Notes: generated by a model not told the origin, from the letters alone. A DNA stretch of 63,261 nt, filler included, from Candidatus Desantisbacteria bacterium CG1_02_49_89 (GCA_001871075.1; 3 parts of 3 records of this genome joined end to end with filler, not necessarily neighbours in it); one strand, 5' to 3'; positions 18,998-27,662 are shown, numbered from the whole stretch's first letter. Made by a program: numbers and translations.

Positions 18998-20101
18998 ATG
19001 AAGAAAAATCTATCAGCGATTTTATTTATATTCCTTCTGGCAGGAGTCAGTGCTATGGCGCAAGGCGCGGCGGTATCAAAAATTGAACCCAGGGTGTGGA
19101 TGTGCAAGGGGAATTTCGCGGAGCTTGCGGCTGTGGACCAGAGGACCTGGAGGTTCGTGCAGGCTTACTGCAAGGTGATCAAGGTCTATATAGACGAAAT
19201 ACCAAAGGTCAGGATCGAGGACCTGCGCAAATTCGCGGAGTTGTGCGCGGCAAACAGGATAGAGGTCGCGGTGGAATGCGCGGGGTTGTGCGATTGGCGC
19301 TCAAGCGCCGGCAAAAATACCGCCAAGCTCTCTTTTCAGGATGAATTTGCGAAAGTGAAGAGGTATATAAAGCCCGTTGAGGAAGGCGGAGCAGGCGGGA
19401 AAATAAAATACCTGGACATGGACCACCCGATAACAAGACTGATATACCAGACGGTTAACGGCAGGGAAACGAAGGCGGATTTTCACACGCTTGGATCCGC
19501 TTCTGACCAGCTTGTAGAAGTGATGAAGCTGTGGCGCGACAAGATACCGGATATAGAGTTCTGTTTCCTGACAAATTTCCCGAATTACGGGTGGGCGGAT
19601 TATCCCGCGTACCATGCCTGGGATTTTACCGGAGAGGGAGAAAAGGGCTATTACGACGCGAAGGCTGAGCTGGAAACCGTTATTAAAAAGACAGCCGCGG
19701 CAGGCATCCCGCTGAAAGGGATCACGGTTGACAACCCCTACGACTACGCCACAGGCCAGCATTTCTCGAACCAGCCTTCCGTAACAACCGGGGTTGACTG
19801 GGTCCAGCGCCTGCGCGATTTGCAGGATTTCTGCAAACAGAACAAGCTTGAGTTCGGGCTTATTTTCAATTCCGAAAGGGCGGGCAGCGAAGGTTCAGGT
19901 TCGGATGAACTCTATTTCAAGGAAACGCTGGATTTTGTAGATCTCTACTGTTCAACCGGCAGTATTCCGGACTACTATATAATCCAGAGCTGGTATAAGC
20001 ACCCGTCAGCATACGTTCCGGAGACAGAGCCGTACACAATGACCAACCTTGTGATGGAAGTTATACTAAAGCTGCGGCCGGACGTTAAGGTCTTCAAATG
20101 A
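18998..20101 (+). CDS. Exported hypothetical protein (possible TIM-barrel glycosidase-like)
   Basis: Signal peptide MKKNLSAILFIFLLAGVSAMA. C-terminal IIQSW..P..VPET.PYT motif. No firm family. Confidence 0.55.
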   Translation: MKKNLSAILFIFLLAGVSAMAQGAAVSKIEPRVWMCKGNFAELAAVDQRTWRFVQAYCKVIKVYIDEIPKVRIEDLRKFAELCAANRIEVAVECAGLCDWRSSAGKNTAKLSFQDEFAKVKRYIKPVEEGGAGGKIKYLDMDHPITRLIYQTVNGRETKADFHTLGSASDQLVEVMKLWRDKIPDIEFCFLTNFPNYGWADYPAYHAWDFTGEGEKGYYDAKAELETVIKKTAAAGIPLKGITVDNPYDYATGQHFSNQPSVTTGVDWVQRLRDLQDFCKQNKLEFGLIFNSERAGSEGSGSDELYFKETLDFVDLYCSTGSIPDYYIIQSWYKHPSAYVPETEPYTMTNLVMEVILKLRPDVKVFK

Positions 20102-20175
20102 CAGTTATCCCGACAAAATAACTGTCGGGATCTGGAGTCTAGGGGTCTGGGAGTCTGGGAGTCGAGGAGTAACTG

Positions 20176-20541
20176 ATGGGAAAAATAGAAAGATTTGAGG
20201 ACATGCAGGCCTGGCAGAAGGCAAGAGAGCTGAACAAAGAAATAAATAAAATCATAAAGAAGCCATTGTTCTTTAAGGACTTCTTTTTACGTGACCAGAT
20301 ACGCAGGGCTTCGGGTTCTATAATGACCAATATTGCGGAAGGTTTCGGAAGGAGAACAGATAAAGAGATGTCTAATTTCCTTAACATGGCGCACGGTTCA
20401 GCCGCTGAGGTGCACTGCCATCTTTATGCCGCGCTGGATATGGAATATATAACCAGGGAAGAATTTAGAGATTTATATGAAAAGGTCGAGACGGTTTCAA
20501 GGATGATCCAGAGTTTTATGAACTATTTGAATAAGAACTAA
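20176..20541 (+). CDS. Four-helix-bundle protein (TIGR02436 / 23S rRNA IVP-like, Avd-related fold)
   Basis: FEDM.AWQKA, LRDQIRRASGSIMTNIAEGF and FL.MA.GS.AEV..LY.A.D..YI signature. Confidence 0.92.
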   Translation: MGKIERFEDMQAWQKARELNKEINKIIKKPLFFKDFFLRDQIRRASGSIMTNIAEGFGRRTDKEMSNFLNMAHGSAAEVHCHLYAALDMEYITREEFRDLYEKVETVSRMIQSFMNYLNKN

Positions 20542-20641
20542 AGGGTCTGGGAGTCTAAGGGTCTAGGAGTCTTGGGGTCTGGGAGTCTAAGGGTCTAGGA
20601 GTCTTGGGGTCTAGGAGTCTAGGGGTCAAGGCTTTTAACTC

Positions 20642-20807
20642 CTAGTGTGGTGTCTCTAACAGATCTTTACATTTGGGCTTTGCGAGGAGTGTTAACGACG
20701 AAGCAATCTCGACCTAAAAATCGAGATTGCCACGCTCCCTTTGGTCGCTCGCAATGACAACTCAAAGCAGAATCAAATGTCAAGGGATTTATGTGACACC
20801 ACACTAG
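20642..20807. mobile_element. MITE with CTAGTGTGGTGTC terminal inverted repeats
   Basis: Ends CTAGTGTGGTGTC...GACACCACACTAG. Absent from the homologous repeat at 17341-17356. Near-identical inverted copy at 63027-63196. Confidence 0.85.
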
Positions 20808-20865
20808 ACTCCAGATCCCGACATAAAGTCGGGATGACTCCCAGACTCTAAGACTCAATATTTTT

Positions 20866-20965
20866 NNNNNNNNNNNNNNNNNNNNNNNNNNNNNNNNNNN
20901 NNNNNNNNNTTAATTAATTAANNNNNNNNNNNNNNNNNNNNNNNNNNNNNNNNNNNNNNNNNNNN
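20866..20965. other. Artificial contig-join spacer
   Basis: 44 N + TTAATTAATTAA (stops in all frames) + 44 N. Confidence 0.98.
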
Positions 20966-21036
20966 ACATAATTATTGAAGACAGTAAAAGATTGAAGAAA
21001 GCGGTTAAACTAAGTAAAGCAAAGCCCCATAAGTAA
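20966..21036 (+). CDS. 3' fragment of an upstream ORF cut by the contig start
   Basis: Open frame IIIEDSKRLKKAVKLSKAKPHK-stop. Identity cannot be determined. Confidence 0.3.
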
Positions 21037-21076
21037 TATTTCCTCATTTATATAATAGACGGATTAAGGAGGATTT

Positions 21077-22099
21077 ATGCTGGCAAAACTTTTATCTGCG
21101 GGATTCCAGGCAATACTTGAATATCTTTCTGCGCACGTGCTTACCTGCCTTATCCCTGCTTTTTTCATAGCGGGCGCGATATCGGTTTTTGTTTCACAGG
21201 CGTCGGTTATGCGTTATTTTGGGCCCAAGACGAACAAAATTAAGTCTTACGGGGTTGCTTCTGTGTCCGGCACGATCCTTGCAGTTTGTTCCTGCACGGT
21301 GCTTCCGTTGTTTGCGGGTATATACACCATGGGCGCAGGACTTGGGCCTGCAATAGCTTTTCTTTATTCAGGGCCAGCGATAAACATCCTTGCTATTGTT
21401 TATTCGGCAAGGTTGCTGGGATTTGACATAGGCCTTGCCAGGGCAATAGGAGCAGTATCTTTTTCCATTATTATAGGATTATTGATGGCGTTCTTCTTCA
21501 GGAATGAGAAAAAGAAAGAAGCGCCTGCTGTTATAATGCCTGAAGATTCGGCGGTCAAAAGCGGATGGATCACCATTGCTTATTTCGCCTCGCTTGTCTG
21601 CATACTTATTTTCGGCGCGGGGAAAAACTGGATATTGGCTGCGATTTCACTCATTGCCCTTTTCCTTATTTTATATAAGTGGTTCACAAAAAAAGAAATA
21701 AAACAATGGTTTTCTGCCACATGGAACTTTGTCAAAATGGTAACCCCGTGGCTTTTAGCCGGAGTATTTATCGCCGGAATGCTGAAAGTCCTGATCCCCC
21801 AGGAAATAGTTGGCAGGCTTGTGGGGGGTAATAGTTTCATTGCCAACTTCATCGCGTCGGTATTCGGCGCTTTTATGTATTTTGCCACCCTTACAGAAGT
21901 GCCGATAATAAAAGCGTTTATGGAAATGGGGATGGGTAAAGGGCCGGTGCTTGCCCTCCTGCTTGCAGGACCTACCTTGAGCCTGCCCAGCATGCTTGCC
22001 CTGGGAAAGATAATGGGCGCGAAAAAAACTATCGTGTATGTGTGCCTTGTGGTAATTATGTCAACCTTTGCCGGCATGGTTTTCGGATTAATCCGGTAG
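21077..22099 (+). CDS. arsP: ArsP/DUF318 family permease
   Basis: HVLTCLIPAFFIAG, LAVCSCTVLPLF, FLYSGPAINI, YFATLTEVP and LLAGPTLSLP. Confidence 0.8.
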   Translation: MLAKLLSAGFQAILEYLSAHVLTCLIPAFFIAGAISVFVSQASVMRYFGPKTNKIKSYGVASVSGTILAVCSCTVLPLFAGIYTMGAGLGPAIAFLYSGPAINILAIVYSARLLGFDIGLARAIGAVSFSIIIGLLMAFFFRNEKKKEAPAVIMPEDSAVKSGWITIAYFASLVCILIFGAGKNWILAAISLIALFLILYKWFTKKEIKQWFSATWNFVKMVTPWLLAGVFIAGMLKVLIPQEIVGRLVGGNSFIANFIASVFGAFMYFATLTEVPIIKAFMEMGMGKGPVLALLLAGPTLSLPSMLALGKIMGAKKTIVYVCLVVIMSTFAGMVFGLIR

Positions 22100-22132
22100 A
22101 TAAAAAGTAAAGTGGTTTAATAAGGAGAAAAT

Positions 22133-22465
22133 ATGGCTAAGGTTAAAACAAATATAGAAGCAGGGGTATGCGGTTTTAAAACCGAAGTAACTGCAAATTC
22201 GGAAGATACGCAGAATGTAAGCTTTAATATTGTCACGGACTGCGAAAAAATAGGAAAACTGGCAAAGGAATTGACTGAAGTGGACGCGTATAACGAAATA
22301 AAAGAAGGATTTGAAGGAAAATTATACGGCATAATAAGAAAAAACCTTACGGGCTGCTGTTCCGGCTGTGCGGTCCCTGTCGGAATTTTCAAAACAATGC
22401 AGGTAGCTGCGAACCTTGCGCTCCTGAAAGACATAACTATAAAAATGAAAAAGGAGGAACAGTGA
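22133..22465 (+). CDS. Conserved Cys-rich hypothetical protein
   Basis: AGVCGF.T, TDC and CCSGCAVPVGIFK. AAGGAG SD. Translationally coupled to the next gene. Confidence 0.7.
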   Translation: MAKVKTNIEAGVCGFKTEVTANSEDTQNVSFNIVTDCEKIGKLAKELTEVDAYNEIKEGFEGKLYGIIRKNLTGCCSGCAVPVGIFKTMQVAANLALLKDITIKMKKEEQ

Positions 22466-22701
22466 AAATTGAGATACTCGGAACAGGCTGCCCGAAGTGC
22501 AAGAAAGTAACTGAAAACGCGGAAGCGGCAGTAAAAGAATTGGGTATTGATGTTGAAATTGTAAAGGTGCAGGAAATAAATGAAATAATGAAGCGAGGAG
22601 TTATGCTCACGCCGGCGATTGCCATTGAAGGCGAGGTCAAGGCTTCGGGAAAAATCCCAAGTGTGGATGAGATTAAAAAGTGGCTTGAAGAGAAAAAATA
22701 A
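22462..22701 (+). CDS. Small redox-active disulfide protein (Thioredoxin_3/MTH895-like)
   Basis: MKIEILGTGCPKC and GVMLTPAIAIEG. Confidence 0.9.
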   Translation: MKIEILGTGCPKCKKVTENAEAAVKELGIDVEIVKVQEINEIMKRGVMLTPAIAIEGEVKASGKIPSVDEIKKWLEEKK

Positions 22702-22908
22702 CCCCCGCCCTTCCCTCCCCCGCTCCGAAGGAGTCCGCATGACTCTTCGGTCCGATGACTCCGAAAGGACGGAGTATACGGACTCTTCGGAGAGTTCATC
22801 GGACTTGTGGGGAGGGATAAAGGAAGGGGGAAGAAGGGGGATTTGTAGCGGTGCGACGTTTCGTCGCACAATAAATGTAATGGCAGAGTTTACTCTGAGG
22901 AGGTTGAA

Positions 22909-23391
22909 ATGTCTGCTCAACACGAATTTAGAAAGCTCATTTTCATTTTCTGCGGGCTGTGCATAATTTGTTTTATGCCTAACGGTTTGTTTGCGGCTCA
23001 GGCGAAAAGCTCCAAGGCCTCCAAACCGGAAACCAAAACAGTTGCAGCAAAAGACCTGCAGCAAAAAACGGTTAAAAAAACCGCGGATGAAACTCCGGTT
23101 GCGCCCAAAATAAAGGTTACCTTCGTGGAACTGGGTTCTGTGGGATGCATTCCCTGCAAGATGATGCAGCCGATAATGAAGGAAATAGAAAAAGAGTACA
23201 AAGATCAGGTAAGGGTTATTTTTTACGATGTCTGGGAGCCGGACGGCAGGCCCTATGCCGAGAAATACAAAATCCGCGTTATCCCGACACAGGTCTTTCT
23301 TGACGAAAACGGCAAGGAATATTTCAGGCACGAGGGTTTTTTTCCCAAAGAAGAATTAATTGAAGTTCTAAAGGAGAAGGGGGTAAAATAA
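22909..23391 (+). CDS. Exported thioredoxin-family protein
   Basis: N-terminal hydrophobic segment, then ELGSVGCIPCKMM, IPTQVF and RHEGF. Confidence 0.85.
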   Translation: MSAQHEFRKLIFIFCGLCIICFMPNGLFAAQAKSSKASKPETKTVAAKDLQQKTVKKTADETPVAPKIKVTFVELGSVGCIPCKMMQPIMKEIEKEYKDQVRVIFYDVWEPDGRPYAEKYKIRVIPTQVFLDENGKEYFRHEGFFPKEELIEVLKEKGVK

Positions 23392-23393
23392 CA

Positions 23394-24092
23394 ATGATGG
23401 CTCTATTCGGATGGCTTACCAAGGCAGTTGGATCATCGCCCGCCATTGCATTGTCCGCTTCTTTTATCTGGGGGGTATTGAGCATAATCCTCAGCCCCTG
23501 CCACCTTGCCAGCATACCTCTTATTGTCGGATTTATTGACGAGCAGGGCAGGATTCCAACGCGCAGGGCATTCTGGATATCTCTGCTTTTTGCATCGGGC
23601 ATCCTTGCAAGCATTGCAATTGTCGGGTTTGTGACCGCAATGCTGGGCAGGATGATGGGAGATGTGGGAAAATACGGAAATTATTTTGTTGCCGTGATTT
23701 TCTTTCTTGTGGGGCTTCATCTTCTTGACGTGATCCCGATGCCCTGGTCAGGGCCAAGCGGGAGTAAATTCAAAGGCAAGGGAATGCTTGGCGCCTTTCT
23801 TTTAGGGCTTATTTTCGGCATAGCCCTGGGTCCCTGCACTTTTGCTTATATGGCGCCGATGCTCAGCATTACATTCAAGCTTGCGGCAACCAGGCTTGCT
23901 TATGGCATATCCCTGCTTCTTGCCTACGGGATAGGGCATTGCTCTGTGATAGTCCTTGCCGGGACAAGCGCTGAAATGGTCCAGCGCCTTTTAAACTGGA
24001 ATGAAAAATCAAAGGGAACGATCATCGCAAAAAAAATCTGCGGGATACTGGTAATTCTGGGCGGGATATATCTTGTTCTAACAAGCAGATAA
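23394..24092 (+). CDS. ccdA: CcdA/DsbD-type transmembrane electron transporter
   Basis: LSPCHL and GPCT conserved Cys motifs. Six hydrophobic segments. Confidence 0.85.
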   Translation: MMALFGWLTKAVGSSPAIALSASFIWGVLSIILSPCHLASIPLIVGFIDEQGRIPTRRAFWISLLFASGILASIAIVGFVTAMLGRMMGDVGKYGNYFVAVIFFLVGLHLLDVIPMPWSGPSGSKFKGKGMLGAFLLGLIFGIALGPCTFAYMAPMLSITFKLAATRLAYGISLLLAYGIGHCSVIVLAGTSAEMVQRLLNWNEKSKGTIIAKKICGILVILGGIYLVLTSR

Positions 24093-24157
24093 GAACCTCT
24101 GCGAGAACCTTGTTGCTCGTTAGCGTGGTCGATAAAAAGTCGCAATAGAAGGAATAA

Positions 24158-24607
24158 GTGGCTAAACAAAAGATGAAGGCAAGTAAATGCGCGTGCGGGA
24201 GCGCCGGCGCAATGGTTTTTGCATGCAGCGGCGGTTCTAACGTGGGGCAGATAGCAAACGATGCGGCAGTCAGGCTTAACGATCAGGGTACCGCAAAACT
24301 TTATTGTCTTGTAGGCGCTGTTTCGCACATACCGGGGATGGTAAAAGGGGCGGAATCAGCAGAATATATAATAGCCATTGACGGCTGCCCTGTAGGATGC
24401 GCAAAGAAAGCCCTTGAGCATTTGAAATTAAAAATTGATGAATATATTGTTGTAACCGAAAAAGGCATAAAGAAAACGTATGATCTGCATCCGCGGAAGG
24501 CTGATATTGATAAAATATTAAAAAAACATTATTGGAGAAAAGAATGGAAAAAAAGTTTGTGCTTGCGTTTGAAGAAAAGGAATGGCAGGAAGTGCAGAGA
24601 ATCGTGA
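24158..24607 (+). CDS. DGC-domain putative zinc-binding protein
   Basis: ACSGGSNVGQ, YC and AIDGCPVGCAKK. The 3' end overlaps the next ORF, so the C-terminus is uncertain. Confidence 0.85.
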   Translation: MAKQKMKASKCACGSAGAMVFACSGGSNVGQIANDAAVRLNDQGTAKLYCLVGAVSHIPGMVKGAESAEYIIAIDGCPVGCAKKALEHLKLKIDEYIVVTEKGIKKTYDLHPRKADIDKILKKHYWRKEWKKSLCLRLKKRNGRKCRES

Positions 24608-24744
24608 TAGACAGAGATAAAGACGCTGCGCTGCAATTACTAAAAGACTCTGTTAAAAAGATTGAAAGGCAGTCAGAGGGCGGGTGCAAGCCTGCGTTTG
24701 AAGTAGAAGGGCTCAAGTCCAATGTAAGGAAGTACGGCGGTTAA
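24532..24744 (+). CDS. Small hypothetical protein
   Basis: In-operon ORF with I.IDRD..AAL and a C-terminal GGCKP. Start could be the second Met (24544). Confidence 0.55.
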   Translation: MEKRMEKKFVLAFEEKEWQEVQRIVIDRDKDAALQLLKDSVKKIERQSEGGCKPAFEVEGLKSNVRKYGG

Positions 24745-25299
24745 ATGGATGCGCTGCTTCACAGCATTACGATTACCAATGCCCTGCCCTGTCTTGCAGA
24801 CCCCGTATTAATACGCGTCTGGGCGGATTTTTCAGATGACATAAGCGGGATAATGCCATACCTTAATGCCGTGGTGCCGGGGATAATATACAATCCTAAC
24901 GGCCTTTCGGTCACAATAAAACGGGGCGGAAGATTGATAACCGCCTATGCGGGTCAGATCGCAATAGGAAAATTGGCTGATATTAACGATGCGCACCGGA
25001 CCCTTGAGTGGTTTAAGGACCTGGTTAATGATACTTTCGCAAAAAAAGACAAAATTACCCCGGTATATGAAAGGCGTAAAACCCTTAGCGCAGTTGACAT
25101 ATATAAATTACTCCCGGGTGAGAACTGCGGTAAATGCGGGGTCCCTACCTGCCTTGCGGTTATCACCCAAATTCTTTCGGGAGATTTCAATATTATGAAA
25201 TGCGGCCCGCTCTTCGGCGCTGAATTCCGGGACAGACGCAAAGAACTGCTGCGCATCCTGCAGGCAGCGGGCTACGAGGTACCCGGGGAATTTCTTTAA
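24745..25299 (+). CDS. Fe-S-cluster-domain protein (putative metal-binding protein)
   Basis: LPC, MPYLNA and C-terminal LPGENCGKCGVPTCLA...C motif. Confidence 0.8.
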   Translation: MDALLHSITITNALPCLADPVLIRVWADFSDDISGIMPYLNAVVPGIIYNPNGLSVTIKRGGRLITAYAGQIAIGKLADINDAHRTLEWFKDLVNDTFAKKDKITPVYERRKTLSAVDIYKLLPGENCGKCGVPTCLAVITQILSGDFNIMKCGPLFGAEFRDRRKELLRILQAAGYEVPGEFL

Positions 25300-25314
25300 A
25301 ATGGAGGTAGGACT

Positions 25315-25629
25315 ATGCGTATCTTCGATATTCAGAAAATAAAGGCGTATCCTTATGAGGAAAGAGAAAAGAACGTGTTATACGCCTGTAAAGACTTCAA
25401 GACAAGAATTATTCAATTGCTACCGGGAAAAGAGATTCCTTCCTGTGATATGCCGTCCTGGGTCCTATTTTTATGCCTCAGGGGAGAAGCACGAATACAG
25501 ATTAACTCAAAGAAAAAAGTTATCAGAAAAGGCCAGCTGCTGATCAGTGAACCGGGGAAATTCTCTATGAAAACAGAAAAAGGAGTGCGGATAATCGGCG
25601 TTCAGATTCCGGAGGGTAAAAATGTTTAG
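25315..25629 (+). CDS. Cupin-like small protein
   Basis: Beta-rich pattern L.PG.EIP.C.M..V.F..L.GE..I. GGAGG SD. Confidence 0.6.
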   Translation: MRIFDIQKIKAYPYEEREKNVLYACKDFKTRIIQLLPGKEIPSCDMPSWVLFLCLRGEARIQINSKKKVIRKGQLLISEPGKFSMKTEKGVRIIGVQIPEGKNV

Positions 25630-26098
25630 CTTTGTAATTTCGTTAATAGCCATAATTTTTCTAATAGTTTCAGCTGTTTCCAGCCGCGAAAAAACCCTGC
25701 TTGCGCTTAAAACTGCCGGCAAAACAGCCGCGGGAATACTTCCGTTCCTGCTTATAATAATTGTCATCATCGGGTTCCTGCTGACCTTTGTGCCGCCGCA
25801 TGTTATAGCATCGCTTATCGGCAGGCGCGCGGGATTCTGGGGCGTTCTTATCGCGTCAATAATTGGATCAATACTCCTCGTCCCCCACTTCGTGGCAGCG
25901 CCGCTGGCAGCGTCCTTGCTGCACCAGGGAGCGGGAATACCTGCAATAGCGGCATTTGTAACAACCCTTGTAATGGTAGGGATAGTCACCATGCCGATGG
26001 AAATGGAAGTGATGGGCAGGAAATTTACTATATGGCGCAATCTCCTCAGTTTTGGGTTTGCCCTGCTGATAGCGCTGATAATGGGGGCATTACTGTGA
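25622..26098 (+). CDS. Half-size ArsP-like (DUF318) permease subunit
   Basis: Hydrophobic. GSI.L.P.FVAAPLA.SLL..GAG..AAF.TT..MVG..T.P.E and WRN motif. Confidence 0.75.
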   Translation: MFSFVISLIAIIFLIVSAVSSREKTLLALKTAGKTAAGILPFLLIIIVIIGFLLTFVPPHVIASLIGRRAGFWGVLIASIIGSILLVPHFVAAPLAASLLHQGAGIPAIAAFVTTLVMVGIVTMPMEMEVMGRKFTIWRNLLSFGFALLIALIMGALL

Positions 26099-26154
26099 AA
26101 TCCCCCTCAATCCCCCTTTTGTAAAGGGGGAAGAAGGGGGATTAGGAAATTGAG

Positions 26155-26673
26155 ATGTCTACTCGGCAAAAAAAGTTATTAGGGCAATATTGCATATTCT
26201 TCGGGCTTGCCGCTCTTACACTGCTGATCTACAGGTGGCAGCCGGGAAAGGCAATTTCAATATGGAAAACTTCCGGGAACTATTTTTTTGAAATGCTCGG
26301 GATCCTTCCTTCCATACTTATACTGCTGGGACTTATGGATGCCTGGGTCCCAAAGAAAATTATAGAAAGGTTATTGGGAAAAGATTCCGGGATAAGCGGT
26401 ATCGGGGTTGCAATTTTGGCAGGTACCGCCGCGGCAGGACCCCTTTACGTTGCTTTTCCTGTGGCCGCGTCTTTATTAAAAAAGGGGGCGCGTATTTCAA
26501 ATGTGGCGATCTTTCTTTGTTCCTGGGCAGCCATAAAAATACCTATGGTCATGTTTGAAATCAAATTCCTCGGATGGCAATTTACCGGTTTGCGGTTATT
26601 GCTTACGGTTCCAAGCGCGATTTTTATCGGCTTGATAATGGAAAAGGCCCTTACGCCGAAGGCGGCACATTAA
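26155..26673 (+). CDS. Half-size ArsP-like (DUF318) permease subunit
   Basis: GL.DAWVP, AAGPLYVAFPVA.SLLKKGA and WAAIKIPM..FE..FLG. Confidence 0.75.
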   Translation: MSTRQKKLLGQYCIFFGLAALTLLIYRWQPGKAISIWKTSGNYFFEMLGILPSILILLGLMDAWVPKKIIERLLGKDSGISGIGVAILAGTAAAGPLYVAFPVAASLLKKGARISNVAIFLCSWAAIKIPMVMFEIKFLGWQFTGLRLLLTVPSAIFIGLIMEKALTPKAAH

Positions 26674-26923
26674 AATCCCCCTCAATCCCCCTTTTACAAT
26701 CTCGATGCTTTGATGCGGGATCCCGTACCGAAAGGTCGGGAAGGGGGGAATGAGGTGGATTAGGAAGTTTTAGCTCCCGTTCTTTACAAGAGCCTGCTTT
26801 TGGCAAGTAAGTGAGCCTACTTTTGGTAGTTCCCTGTAAATTTTCAGTATAAATCCTATCGGCATAAAGATAACAAAAACTACTATTCTTGCAGTAGTTT
26901 TTTTGTTTTTATTTACAAAAAAC

Positions 26924-26952
26924 TTGACAAAATAAAAAAATTGTGATATTAT
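26924..26952 (+). promoter_or_regulatory. ars operon promoter
   Basis: TTGACA-17-TGnTATTAT. Preceded by a terminator-like hairpin AAAAACTACT..AGTAGTTTTT (~26875-26910). Confidence 0.75.
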
Positions 26953-26993
26953 GTATGTATAATCGTTTATAGGTATATAGGCGGGGGGTAAAC

Positions 26994-27350
26994 ATGAAAG
27001 ATGAATTAAGTTTATTTAGGTGCTTATCAGACGAAACACGCCTGAGGATCATGCTGCTGTTATCAATAAAAGAACTATGTGTCTGTCAGTTAGAATGGGC
27101 TTTAGAATTAATTCAGGCAAAGGTATCTCGCCATTTAACTGTGCTGAAAAACGCCGGGCTTGTCCGGGATAGGCGTGATGGTTTATGGATATATTATTCT
27201 TTAACTAAACCCAGAAACGAACTGGAAAAAATCATCCATAAATATCTTAGAAAATATTTAACAACAAAACACAACCTATTCAAGAAGGATATTACAAACA
27301 TGAAAAAGTGTGTTGTAAAACCATTAAAAAAAATAGCAACCAGGAAATAA
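26994..27350 (+). CDS. arsR: ArsR/SmtB transcriptional repressor
   Basis: LSDETRLRI, ELCVCQL, VSRHL and wing RRDGLWIYYSL. Confidence 0.92.
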   Translation: MKDELSLFRCLSDETRLRIMLLLSIKELCVCQLEWALELIQAKVSRHLTVLKNAGLVRDRRDGLWIYYSLTKPRNELEKIIHKYLRKYLTTKHNLFKKDITNMKKCVVKPLKKIATRK

Positions 27351-27434
27351 TTCCATAAAGCATATTTTGGGTTGTTGCCAAATATTGTAAAAAAAGCACA
27401 AAAGCCGTAAGAATTTTAAGAGGGGGTGAGGTTG

Positions 27435-27641
27435 ATGGATGAAAAAATAAGGGAATTAACTGGTATCGCTGCGGCAGTCGCCGGTCATTGCCAGAAATGC
27501 TTTATATATCATTATAGCGAAGCAAAGAAGTTTAAAATTGAGCAAAAGGATATCGAGGAAGTTATTGAATTTGCCAAAGCCATCCGTTCAGCCGGTAATA
27601 AGGGCATGGATGAATTTGTAAAAAATACAGTGAGCCAGTAA
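27435..27641 (+). CDS. Carboxymuconolactone decarboxylase/AhpD-like small protein
   Basis: ELTGIAAAVAGHCQKCF.YH (CxxC..H). Confidence 0.75.
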   Translation: MDEKIRELTGIAAAVAGHCQKCFIYHYSEAKKFKIEQKDIEEVIEFAKAIRSAGNKGMDEFVKNTVSQ

Positions 27642-27662
27642 CGATTTTAACAAGGAGGATAT

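Larger units (their letters stand above)
20107..20865. repeat. Repeat arms flanking the four-helix-bundle gene
   Basis: Left arm 20107-20170, right arm 20543-20865 (interrupted by the MITE). 20124-20142 is the exact reverse complement of 20804-20822. Confidence 0.85.

Noticed and set aside
20176-20541. Four-helix-bundle gene as part of a DGR or a 23S rRNA intervening sequence
   Set aside because: No reverse transcriptase, no TR/VR pair with adenine-specific mismatches, and no rRNA sequence in the window.
20866-20965. TTAATTAATTAA palindrome within N runs (also 42095-42194) as a biological site
   Set aside because: Identical 44N-12bp-44N construct at both places, which is a contig-joining linker. 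Gene adjacency across these gaps is not evidence.
22117-23331. 404-aa minus-strand ORF and the many other antisense or nested ORFs in the track (e.g. 15085-16080, 40066-40737, 43061-43732)
   Set aside because: They shadow well-supported genes on the opposite strand or run through repeats, and have no recognisable motifs or SD.
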